Assembly (NCBI GenBank): GCA_949358305.1
Contig: OX442314.1
Span: forward strand, 21,700,001-21,764,000
Reading direction: 5' to 3'
DNA length: 64,000 nt
DNA from: Strigamia acuminata
Taxonomy: Eukaryota
The notes beneath the pieces were generated by a model. That model saw only the letters and a list, made by a program, of their open reading frames with translations, was not told where the DNA came from and searched no databases. The stretch's first letter is position 1, and each line of letters opens with the position of its first letter. The translations under genes and the position numbers were made by a program. Positions 21,776 through 32,483 of this stretch are shown here, one piece after another.

Positions 21776-24700
21776 GCTAGATTAGTATTTAACTCCATCA
21801 TCATTTTCATCAAGGTTTGCATGATGCCTTTTTCTTTGACGGTTTTTTCGCATTTGTCGGAGTAGTGACCGTATTCTCCGCAGCTGTAACATTTGATGTT
21901 ACTTTTATCCCCTGTGGGAGTGAATCCCGGTTTTTTCGGGACGAAGGGCGTCGGGAATCGTCTTTTTCCTCCCAATGCCCCTCTCGCTTTTGTTGCCTGC
22001 ACGTGTGCTCTGAATTGTGCGATTGCTAAGGCCCGGTGTGCATGGTGCAAATAGGGACCTTGATCGTCGCATCCCGTCGACAAGTTTTCGAGGTGCTCAT
22101 TTAGGGCTTCCTCGTCGCTTGATGCTGGCTCCTCTTCTTTAGCCGTGGCGAGAGGTGTTGTCTCTTCGACTTTCTCCATCTGGGTGGAGTCCGTCGAGGT
22201 CACCTGCATCGCCGTTGCTGCCGGTGCTTTCTTTGGGGCAGCTATCGGGTTGGCTGGAAGAATACTGCCTGCTTTAGGCGTCAGCATTCGTCCGAAGGAT
22301 GCTTCGGTGAGACTCATTATGCCGCTCAAATATTCACTTGGCCTCATTAATTTCTCTGAGGTCTTGTGACGTTCGGCGCTCGTCTGCAACCGTTTCTCGT
22401 GCGCGTCAGCTTCCTCCGGGGGCAGAGTGGCGTAATACCGCTGTTCTATTTCTAACGTGTTTGTTAGAAGATAGTTACTGACATCTTGGTAATCGCCAGT
22501 GCGGGGTGCACGCATGTCTAGCAGAATTCTTTGCGAGTGGGCCGATAATCCTCCGTAAAAGATCATCGTAAAACCAGCGGGGTTTATTTCGTACGGCGCT
22601 CTTGCAAACAGGAGTTTCGCTCGGGCGTCGTAGTCGGCTAATGTTTCTCCTGGGGCTTGTCGTAGACCCCGTAATTTGTTACTGATCTCGTCTGGAGTCT
22701 CGCCGTATCGGAGATCGAAACGGACGAGAAAATCGTCCCAGGTTGGGTTTTTCAGTCCCTGGTACCATTCTCGAGCTGACCCCGTAGTTAGCTCCACTAG
22801 ACCGTGGGTTAGCATGTCGGCGACGGTGGCTTTTGTCGCTTTCTTGATACGCATTACTTCGTCTAGGAAGCGGTCTCCGGCCTTCCACGAACCGTCGAAT
22901 CGTGTTTGTATGTAGTGTTGCCAACGGATGTTACCCGTGGCTTCGCTGCTTGGTTCGTTTCGTACGCCATATTTACGCTTAACCCTCTCTCCAGCGCGAT
23001 TATGTTCGTCGCCTGGATGGCCTAGATCGATTCCTTCTCTTCTGAAAGAGTTCAGCAGGGCTCGGCCTAGCTCAGACATCGTGTAATGTCGGCCAGATGA
23101 GTCCTGAAAGTTCCCTTCCTCCGAACGAGGGTTGGAGCTCCGGGAGGAGCGGTCTGAAGCATTCGGCCGGTTCGACCGGTGCCCATCGCTGTCTTCTTGA
23201 CTCCTCCCTGTAGACGGTCGACTCGGATGGTCGTCGTCCGACGAATCGGAGGGCTCGGAGGGATCTCCTTGGGGGTGAAACCTCGGCCCTCTCGGTGGGG
23301 TCTCTCCGCCAGCCTTCTTCTGTTTCGAGCCTCCGGATGGCGGCGGCTCCCCTCCGTCGTTGTTCTCGTAAAAAGAATGCCATCTGTTTTCCTCGCTTTC
23401 GGGGCGTTCCCGATTTTTATTTGCGTTTTTCTTTTCGAGTAACGCGTCGATGGCTGCTCCCGTCTCGGATCTTTTTGAGGGGTGACGGTCCTTTGTTTTT
23501 GGGACCGACTCGTCTCTCTTTTGAGATTTCCCCCTTTTCGCCGTTTTTGCCGGCTTTGTTGCACCTTCTCCTGTGTCGGTATCAGAGCCGCTGGGGGGTT
23601 CTGGTTTCCGTTTCAGGTTTTCTTCATTTTTCTTCCTGTCCGAGACGTCTTGTGCGTACTCTTTCTGGAACTTTTCTGTCTCCTTCTCCCAGTTTTCGGC
23701 TTCCCATCTTTTTTGCTCATCTATTATAGCTTGTTTCTTCGCTTTGTACTCTTCGGTCCATCTGACTCGATCCCACTCTTCTTTCTCTTTCAGAAACTGT
23801 TCTTTTTCTTTTCTGGCTTCCTCTTCTCTCAACCTCTCGCGATGTTGTTCTTCCCATTTCTGATGTTGTAGAATGGCCTCTTTTCGCAACATTTGTAGTT
23901 TTTCTGTTTTTCTTTGAGCTATTAGCGCTTGAAATTGGTCCTCGTACTCTTGAGCTTCTCGATGTCGCCCTTCTACTGTTGCGTTCCATTCTTTTCGAAT
24001 TTTAGCTTCTCGTTCTTCCCTCATTTTTTGGACCAGTTTCTCTGTTCTCTCGGTGGTTCTTCTCTCGCGTTGCTCCCTTTCTTCCTCTTCCTTCCAGAGT
24101 TCTCGCCGCTCTGCGCTCAGCCTTCGTTGGCGACTAGTCGCTTCTTGTCTGGCTTCCTCGCGGGCCTTCTCTCTGGATTCGTGAAGTGTTCGGTTGGGGT
24201 CTGGCGCGAAACCTCCGGTGTCACTGGGCGTTACCTGGGGCATGGGCGTCTCCGCTGCTGGTCTTGCGACCGGCGTCGGGGCTTGTGCCGCACAGATAGC
24301 GTCAGTGAGTAGGGTAATCGATTCCCAGACTGACGTTCCTACTGGAATGTCTATCATCGCTTTCAGTTGGGCAGCTTGCTGCGTCAACCGAATTAGGTGA
24401 GATACTTCGAAGGAAACAACTGCAGGACTCGCCGTAACTCGGGGGGTTATCGGGGTCCCGCCGTCGTTTTTCCGTGGGGTTTGTTTTACGGACGTCTGAG
24501 CCGTTGGTGGCGATGGGTCTGTGCCGATCGTGACCGTTCTTTTCGGAGCTTCATCCGTCTCCTCGGTCATCAATATCGATACTCGTCCTGGTGATATCTC
24601 GCGAATTTCTTCTCGATTTTCTATGGCTTCCGGATCGGTATCTTCGAAGGGTTGCATATTCAAGGGAACCCGCTCTCGCTCTGGCCCGTCTAGGGCCGCG

Positions 24701-24882
24701 AGCGATGCAGCTTGCTCCTCTTTCTGCGCCTTCGCTCTCCTTTTATTCGCTCGGGCTTTCGCCTTTGCGGACATTTCAGGGACGGGACCATCCGACCTTA
24801 GGTGGTAGTCGGAGGTCCTTTTTCCCTTCTCGGGCATTCTCTGCTCGGTGTCAGACGTGGATTGCTCATCTTTGTCTGACAT
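21742..24882 (-). CDS. gag: gag, unusually long (1046 aa): charged coiled-coil N-half, capsid-like region, one CCHC zinc knuckle
   Basis: First ATG after the PBS; gag-like LTTGSAREWY and LRQAPGETLADY; zinc knuckle CYSCGEYGHYSDKC. Confidence 0.93.
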   Translation of the reverse strand: MSDKDEQSTSDTEQRMPEKGKRTSDYHLRSDGPVPEMSAKAKARANKRRAKAQKEEQAASLAALDGPERERVPLNMQPFEDTDPEAIENREEIREISPGRVSILMTEETDEAPKRTVTIGTDPSPPTAQTSVKQTPRKNDGGTPITPRVTASPAVVSFEVSHLIRLTQQAAQLKAMIDIPVGTSVWESITLLTDAICAAQAPTPVARPAAETPMPQVTPSDTGGFAPDPNRTLHESREKAREEARQEATSRQRRLSAERRELWKEEEEREQRERRTTERTEKLVQKMREEREAKIRKEWNATVEGRHREAQEYEDQFQALIAQRKTEKLQMLRKEAILQHQKWEEQHRERLREEEARKEKEQFLKEKEEWDRVRWTEEYKAKKQAIIDEQKRWEAENWEKETEKFQKEYAQDVSDRKKNEENLKRKPEPPSGSDTDTGEGATKPAKTAKRGKSQKRDESVPKTKDRHPSKRSETGAAIDALLEKKNANKNRERPESEENRWHSFYENNDGGEPPPSGGSKQKKAGGETPPRGPRFHPQGDPSEPSDSSDDDHPSRPSTGRSQEDSDGHRSNRPNASDRSSRSSNPRSEEGNFQDSSGRHYTMSELGRALLNSFRREGIDLGHPGDEHNRAGERVKRKYGVRNEPSSEATGNIRWQHYIQTRFDGSWKAGDRFLDEVMRIKKATKATVADMLTHGLVELTTGSAREWYQGLKNPTWDDFLVRFDLRYGETPDEISNKLRGLRQAPGETLADYDARAKLLFARAPYEINPAGFTMIFYGGLSAHSQRILLDMRAPRTGDYQDVSNYLLTNTLEIEQRYYATLPPEEADAHEKRLQTSAERHKTSEKLMRPSEYLSGIMSLTEASFGRMLTPKAGSILPANPIAAPKKAPAATAMQVTSTDSTQMEKVEETTPLATAKEEEPASSDEEALNEHLENLSTGCDDQGPYLHHAHRALAIAQFRAHVQATKARGALGGKRRFPTPFVPKKPGFTPTGDKSNIKCYSCGEYGHYSDKCEKTVKEKGIMQTLMKMMMELNTNLAKNSQAQASPK

Positions 24883-24956
24883 TTTCTTTCGGTAATTCTA
24901 CGGTTTGGGTTATCTTATTGAGAGATCACAAGTTCAGATTTGAGATTTATTTCTAA

Positions 24957-24974
24957 ATCCCGGACGGGCCCCCA
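24957..24974 (-). promoter_or_regulatory. Primer binding site complementary to the tRNA-Pro 3' end
   Basis: TGGGGGCCCGTCCGGGAT lies 2 nt after the 5' LTR and matches the MLV-type tRNA-Pro PBS TGGGGGCTCGTCCGGGAT at 17/18 positions. Confidence 0.9.
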
Positions 24975-24976
24975 CG

Positions 24977-25795
24977 TGTCGCGTCCTACTTGGTATAGGT
25001 TTAAATAGCGCTAACGTGTAATACTTTACCTGTGATCAATTATGTAAATACCCAAATGAATACCAAATGTATGTAAATAAACAGGTAATTTATTCACCAG
25101 GCTTTATGCCTTTAAAATACACTCAGTAATAATTCTAGAGTCGACGTGGTCAGCGTCGAACAAAGGATTTCTCAAGATGGCGTCGTCGATTCCGCGTGGT
25201 CGGCGGAACAAAGGCGGCGTCTCGAGTTGTCGTTAATTCGTCACGGATTCGTCTTCACGGACGCGGTGGAATGCTCTTTCGAGTCTTCTATCCGTGCCTG
25301 TTGTCTAGGGTTTGTTTAGCGTCGCAGAGGCCTCGTCTAGGAACTTTGGGGTTCCCTACAAAGCACTCGGACACTTACTTCGGCGAATAATCGTCTGGGC
25401 GATTATTCTGGGTGATTTCACAAGGGCTATTCTCGTGCTTTCGCAGGAATAGCTCGCAAGTGACTTCGTGAGAGTTACAGTTTGTACTTTACTCAGCGAT
25501 CCTCGATCAATCCTAACTTGTAGTTGAAGTTGGCCTGACGGTGAGGTAGTTGCTGTGTTCTTGGTGTCGTTTGTGTAAGTTCTGACTTTAGGCGGGAAAC
25601 ACAGCCTTTTATGCAGTGGGGTGAAGGGCCGGCGATCAACCAATGGGGGCTGACCACCAGCCGCTTCCTCCCCCTCGGGGCACACACCTGCCATGGGGAG
25701 GTGGAGCCAACTCGGGGGGAACGACTCTTTAATCATAGTGACTCATAGGACAAGTATCCGCCCTGGGGGGACACTTATCCAACTGGGTCACCACA
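24977..25795 (-). repeat. 5' LTR (819 bp)
   Basis: Direct repeat of 12931-13749, followed by the PBS on the minus strand. Confidence 0.97.
25580..25613 (-). promoter_or_regulatory. Putative LTR core promoter (CATAAAA TATA-like box + TCAGAA initiator-like site, TSS about 25583)
   Basis: CATAAAAG at 25613-25606 lies about 30 nt upstream of TCAGAA. Based on spacing only. Confidence 0.5.
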
Positions 25796-26695
25796 AACTG
25801 ATATAAAACGGATTCAATTTGATGCTTTTATACCGAGCTGTCGCAAAAAAAATAGTGAATTAACCAATGGCAATCGTTTGAATTTGTTACGTAATTAAAT
25901 ATTTAAATAATTTCGGGCCCGGAATTCAGTAAGATTCAGCAATCAGCTTTCCTGCAATGCTGCGGTGTTTCGTGGAGTTTTCTGCTCGAATAATTCCCTC
26001 ATTTATAAATATTGTTTCTGAATCAAACAAATTGCAAAATTTAAATAAAAAATTGTGATTTTTTTATATTTCAAAGTTAATAAATCGCCGCCAGATTGCG
26101 CTAGTATCGGCACATTTCTCCGATTGTCGTGAAGGCGCCGAAAATCGCAAAAAATATGAACTCTTTTACATTAAAATGTAAATCAAAATATATGGACTGA
26201 TGGGGATTTTATTTTAATCAAGATTAGACTAGTTTTCGAATTTATTAACCACTTCATAACGAAAAACGAAGTGGATTTAAAGTTGACCCTGGGAATTAGG
26301 CATCCATTTTTGTTTAAGTATTTAAGTGATGGCGCCACTGTATACAGGAAGTTGAAACCAACGAACAAACACACATAATGTCATCAAGTTAAAAAGCATA
26401 ATGTCCAGTGCACACTAACGAAATCATTTTCTTGCACAACACGATTCGTTGTGCAGTAAACGTCCAACTAATTAGCTTCCAGAATTAAATCCGACTTAAA
26501 AATTAATATATTTATTTACTTTTTTACTTTAAAATTCCACGGATACATTTTTGTGAGCAGTTGTATAATTTTCCCGATTAAAATAATTTTTATGACAATA
26601 TAAAGGTTAAAAGATGTGTCAAAATGGTTTTTCTTAATTAAAACACTAAAATATTACGAATAAGAACTGTTTTCGACTGTTCATTGAACTGACGA

Positions 26696-27188
26696 TTAAG
26701 CATCCGCATTTGGTGGAGAGGATAAAAGTCGCCGATTCTCAGGCTTGAAATCTTCGTCATCACTGTCAAAGCTATCAGAACTAATGTGATTACAAATTTA
26801 AGCTAAAATCTCTTTAGTCACCTAAATATCAATGTTTCTGGTCGATGAGTAACCACCACATGAGCATTTGCAGGAGTTATGAGGACGTTATCAGAATCAG
26901 AAGACTCCGAAATGTCCGGATTCAGAATCACCTTGAATAGGCACGGGCAAATTTGTTGTCGATAGCTCAAACATATCGCAATGACCAATCCAATTGTGGC
27001 TACTCCCATATAAATCCCATACGGTTCTGTCATAACAGGTGCTAATAAAATTATTTTTAGAATTAATACAGTGAGAAATAATAAAAGCATCGTAATATAT
27101 ACTTACGTGTAAGATTAGAACAGTTAATTTTGTAAAAAATAAAAGGAAAAACAAATACCACACGCAAACACATACTTAAATTTGCCAT
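26696..27188 (-). CDS. Small signal-peptide + TM protein with almost no ectodomain (exons 27188-27107, 27041-~26822, possible 26780-26696)
   Basis: Exon 1 MANLSMCLRVVFVFPFIFYKINC ends C|GTAAGT like C1 exon 1. Exon 2 has TM IYMGVATIGLVIAICL. The upstream 27305-27545 resembles the C1 upstream region 10155-10390. The last intron (41 bp) is uncertain. Confidence 0.5.
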
Positions 27189-27969
27189 AATTCACTTTTG
27201 ACCCTTTGCTAGGAAGTTTTACCAATATTGACGAATAAACAGAATTGAATCAAGTCGTTATATATGTTCGAAGTAAAAAATATAGCCAATAGAATGTGTT
27301 TAATTGAAACGCTATTAAATTTGCATAGGGTATACACCTGTAGTAATATTTTTTTATTAGTTTTTAAATAGTAATCGATTTTAATTTTAACGTATATCAG
27401 GAGGTTTCAAAAATAAATTAGTCATTTATGATTTTCTTTTATTTTTATTTAAATATATTTTGATTGAAAATAACGAGGAAAAATTTATTACCGGTAGGTC
27501 ATAAAAATCGTATTTTTTAAAATTTTGTTTAAAATTAGAATGACAAATTAGTCTGCTTTATAGCATCATGGGCTGTTACGCAGACTATACGAAACCGTGT
27601 ACTACGAGCATAATTTTGTTTTTGGATACGTCGGAAGTACTGTAGGTTCACTCGAAAGTGCAACTTGTGATTGGAATGAAATAAAACGCAAACACAGCAG
27701 AAATAGGTTTTTCGATATATTTTATTCATTCTTTCTCGTCCAATCCACTAAATCCGACATTCTATGAGCAGTTAAATATCACTTTCTACGCAAACTGTAC
27801 ATGAAAGAAATCCGTGTTAGAATTTCCTAAATTTGCGAATATATGCTTCAGATTGAAAACACCAACTGAAACAAGAATTTTTTTAACCTATTTTTTTTTT
27901 GTTATAATTTTACATCAAATAATATTTCATGCTCACCCAAAACACATTGATATAATATTGTTTTGCAAA

Positions 27970-28001
<32 letters not shown>

Positions 28002-29480
28002 ACTTTTAAAGTTATTATTTTTATGTACAATAAGGTTTGTCTAATTTTATGCACATATATAAGTGAAACCGGACCACAAAGAAAAACAACTGTAACATTC
28101 AATCCATTAAATTTTAAAATGACACAATGACCGAATCCGAAGAAAAATCTCTGAAATGTATTTGCAATTCATTTTGACCGGTCCGATTTCAAAATTTTAA
28201 ATGAAAACACAGAAACACATATTCACATGTCGTTATTCCACTCCAACTTGGTGCAATAGGTTCATTAAATTACTATTTTTTCTTAAATTGATTTCATTAG
28301 AATATCAAGCTTTTGTAAGTCCTAAAATTGTGTAAGGAGTACATTTAAAAATGGCGAAGAGGAAAATGAATAATTCATTAATTTCATATACGCACAACGG
28401 CTACCAGACAAAATTCTAAACTTTTATAATTGTTTTTGAGATCAATTTAAAGCTGACTTTTAGATTATTTCTTTCTCAGTTTTTACAATACATCAGTACA
28501 TTACTCCTATATACCTTTTAGAGTCTCTTACTTTCTCGTAGAATTGTTGCCAATGTGAAAAATGCAGACCTCCAAAACGCCCAGATAGTGTATCCAGGCC
28601 GAAAAACGTTGTGGTCATTTTTTATCAATTACTTACGATTTAATTAAACTTTCAACTCTTAATTCATTACCATTATTCAGGCAATAGCAAATTAACAAAT
28701 CGACAAATTAAAAACTAAAATTTCTTGACAAAAATACACAACTAAAACAACACCGACACACCAACTACATCATGATAAAAACAAATTAGAAATTAGAAAT
28801 TCGACGGACATTTTGCTTCAATCTCCCAATGAATACCAGGTGTTTAGTTTGTTGTTTTGGTCACAACACCGACACAATATTTAAGACGCAACTATGAATG
28901 ATTTACGAATTTGTATCTTTTTTTATACTTAATACTCTTTACTTAATAGTAATAAGGCTTTTTTTATGCAAGAATACTTCTCATCAAACATTTATCAAAA
29001 ACAACAACAAAATAAAACAACGTTGTATTGTTGGAAGCCTTAGTTTTCGTCTCGTCTTACACCAGCCATCTTTTTTTTTCACTTTTTTTTTTTTTTTTAG
29101 TTGGTGAGGAGTTTGGAAAAAAGTTAACATAAAAAATTACATTATTTATATACCACAAACATCTTCACACTCGACACACAAATGGGAAATCGTGTTTCAT
29201 AAGCGAAGCCATCTTCCCAGTATTTTAAAGACAAAATACTGTATTTTATCATTAAAACTTTAATGTAATTTTATTATGTTTTGCTCCAATCTTTACTTAT
29301 TGACTGCGAACAGCGACACGTAAATTTACTTCAATTTACAACGACACATTTTTACTTTAAATACCCACCAAAGATTCTCAAGAGGTAATTCAATGTTGGA
29401 CACGAATGCACGATCAAACTTAAAATGTCTGGAAATATGGCTTCGAAAAGATTTGTACAGGTTTAATAACTTCCCTCAGT

Positions 29481-32400
29481 TTAATCCTTCTTATCCTCAT
29501 CGGCTTCCTGTAGGGTATGCCATTGGGCGATGGGTCGACGGGGAGATGCCAACATGTCGCTCCAATGCCTGAGCGCACTGCCAGTAGCGTTGCAGCCCAG
29601 AATAACTCGACCGATGGGTTCGGATGTTCCAATTCTATCATAATCAACTACTGTAACATACAACTGAACTTTCTGCAAAAATAAAACAACACCGAGTGAA
29701 TATTTCAATTCGAATGTCAATCATCGCTCGACTTATACCTGTATTTGTTCAAATGGCACCTCGAAAGTGAAGGACTCATTGTAGTAAGGGTTCAGAGTAC
29801 ATTTCTTAATGCTTGTCTTCTTTTTCTTCAGTCGTTTACCGTTTTGCATTAATGCAATTTTTACATATGGGTCTGTAGAAATCGAAATTTATCATATTTA
29901 ATTATTGAATAATAATAAAAATGATGTTTTTTCTTTAAATTCTTACCTGATAGACCACCAACATCCATTTTCTTGAGATTCTTTGCTTCTAGAATGACAA
30001 CGGTTAATTTCCCAGCCGTGGGAACGTATCGCAGCGAGAAACAGATATCGCCGAGCTTATTGTCCTAATCACGACCACAAATAACAATTAGTATACAAAT
30101 TCATTTGACAACGACCACTCAATCCCCCATTTAAAACATTTAATGACCAACACCGATATTCCAAATGCTATTTTTTTTCAGTAAATTTTTAATAAAATAA
30201 AAAAATGCTTCCCAACACGACTTTAACTAATGTACGACTAATTACTAATACACAGCACACTACAAACTCGATAGAACTAGAACTAAATGTGCAAATTCGG
30301 CAAAACTACGTGTGAATGTTTTACTTTTCTTACAAACTTGACCGTAAACTAATCCATCCGTTTGTGCTATTTTCTAAATATCATTATTATGTAGTTGGAT
30401 TTTTTTTCTTTTCTTTTTAGTTTCATACAACCAAATGTTAATAGACACCTACACCTATTTATCAAGCACAATAGCGTCACTACAAAGAGGGAATAACAAA
30501 CTAAACAGTGTAACAACGTGGCAAACGCTTTGGTAGACTAGACACAGACGCGGGTCTTGGAGACAATGTCAAGAAAATGACACATACTTACAAAACAGAT
30601 TCAAAGTGTGTGTGTGAATTTCTCATGTGATATTGCGAAGAACAAATATGCAAAATAAAAAAGAACAACAGAATCCACAAATCAATAAATTTGTCTTTTT
30701 TCATCGATTGTTTTTGATCCATTATTGATAAATAACCAGAATCATAAGAAAAATACTCAATAATAATAATAATAATAATAAAAACTCAATTATTAAAAAA
30801 AAATTAAATAATCAAACTAAAAATAAATAAATAAATAAATAAATGTGCTTTTAAATTTTTCATTTTGTACACCCAATATGAAACAAATCCGTATAGAGAA
30901 AAATAAATAAAAGAATCAAAGTGATAGAATTTAAAACTAGTCGCGATACATCCATTGTCTGTTAATTGCGGCACATTCCGTTTAAAGCTACACGCGATTA
31001 TTAGCCATCAACGCATGGTTAATCAAAACGTGTAATATATACAGAGCTTACACACATTTAATCACGATATTTATGTGTAAATGTAAATACGTTACTATAC
31101 AGTATACAAAAAACAACGACCACACTCGTTTTTTCCATCTCACCTGTCCTTGTTCGCCCTCAACACTCGTCAAATCTCTCCATTCCTCAATAGTTTGTGC
31201 TAAATCCACTTGGTTTAGTGGAAGTTTCACCTCTCCAATTTGGTCGTGTTTGGAGAAGCGATCGAAATCAAAAATAGCGAACACCAGTGTTTTCGACATG
31301 ATTTCAGCGTATGGAACCTAAAACACACAAAAATCAAAAATCAAAAATCCAACAACTAAATCCCAAAAACAAATCAAATGCGATACTTTAAAATTGAACG
31401 TTTCATTGAACACTGGATTCAATGTCTTGCGATGGACTTTCGTTTCAAATTTTTTCTTCTTATCAGGAAGTAAATACACTTTAACATACGGATCGGATGT
31501 GCCACCCATGTCTAAAGCCGGAAGATCTTCAGCTTGAATCACACTCACTGATAACTACAAGAAAACAAACAACAACAATCAAATCAAACGCAAATCCCAA
31601 TGCCAATCATTACATTACATTATTCGCATTAAAGTCGTAATCGAGTTTAAATTGCAGCCGGCCTAGCTTGACCTCCGACTGCTTGCTTTCTTGTTCATCG
31701 GCCTCTTGTTCCATATTATCTTGCAACTCCTCCATGTCAGGTTGGACCTTTTCTTTGTAGGCGTTGCCTAATAACTGAACGCTTTTGAGGTCGACAGCTC
31801 CTTTTAATCCTTTCTTGCCGTCTTTCCTACGGCGACGACACCACCGACGGATGCAGCAGAAGCACGCGCACAGACATATGATGATCACGGTAAAAATGAT
31901 CAACAATGTATACGTTAATGGTACTGTAATAATAATAATGGAAAAAAAAAATGTTTTAAACGATTAAATTTTTATAATTTTCGCTTTATATTCACAAGGG
32001 GAGAGTTCCTCCAAGGTATCAGTTGCTTTTCCTCCAATCACGCCTCGCGTTATGGTATCGGCAAAATCCTTTGGTTTAGCGGCTTCCGATACACCGGCCA
32101 GCGCTGTCTCTTCCGTCGTCGCCTCGGGAACGTCTGCTGTAGGCACAGCTTCTGCCTTTGACAGCGCAGCTTCTAAAATGGAAAGAAAAGAAGAAAACCA
32201 ATCAAATATCCAGTAAAAAAGAAAGAAGAAATTCTTTTTTATAAATATAGCAAATACCAACGACCTGCGGGGACACAAACGGAGCATAAAAGATTTATTT
32301 AAATTGTCAAAACAAATCATTTCGAACAATATGGTAAGCAATAAATGTATGAAAACTCGTTTGTATCCCCGTTTTCAGTTTATACGTTGTGACAATATGC

Positions 32401-32483
32401 TAAACGAATGGAAAACAGCGTGACGAATATAAAGAAATTCATTTACCAGTCGCAGTTCGTAATGCATCTTTGATAACCGGCAT
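29481..32483 (-). CDS. Syt1: Synaptotagmin 1 (coding exons 32483-32447, 32172-31996, 31923-31619, 31554-31387, 31317-31144, 30064-29947, 29872-29739, 29672-29481)
   Basis: TM with a Cys cluster; C2A ([47 protein letters not shown]); C2B ([69 protein letters not shown]). The first coding exon is less certain. Confidence 0.96.

Larger units (their letters stand above)
12931..25795 (-). mobile_element. Full-length Ty3/gypsy (Metaviridae) LTR retrotransposon, 12,865 bp, three genes
   Basis: TG...CA 819-bp LTRs, 4-bp TSD AACT (12927-12930 and 25796-25799), PBS, PPT, gag, and pol with PR-RT-RH-IN order. All ORFs are uninterrupted. Confidence 0.98.
11244..26179. repeat. Local segmental duplication, copy 2, interrupted by the LTR retrotransposon
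   Basis: 11244-12930 plus 25796-26179 match 7963-10147. The empty insertion site (gtcaAACTgatataaaacgg) is at 9703-9706. Confidence 0.9.

Noticed and set aside
13339..22189. Reading the hairpins as Smaug elements (CUGG loop) or HIV TAR-like loops (CUGGG) on the plus strand
   Set aside because: That strand is antisense to all element genes, and two stems pair better (G-U) on the sense strand. This cannot be excluded if antisense transcripts exist.
14154..24956. Many plus-strand and alternative-frame ORFs within the element (e.g. 19890-20513, 207 aa)
   Set aside because: These are expected shadows of long GC-balanced coding frames, with no independent support.
24955..24974. tRNA-Pro gene
   Set aside because: Only the 3' 20 nt including CCA are present, so this is the PBS.
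13339..25408. CRISPR-like array interpretation of the recurring hairpins
   Set aside because: Spacing is irregular, stems are unrelated, the context is eukaryotic and there are no cas genes.
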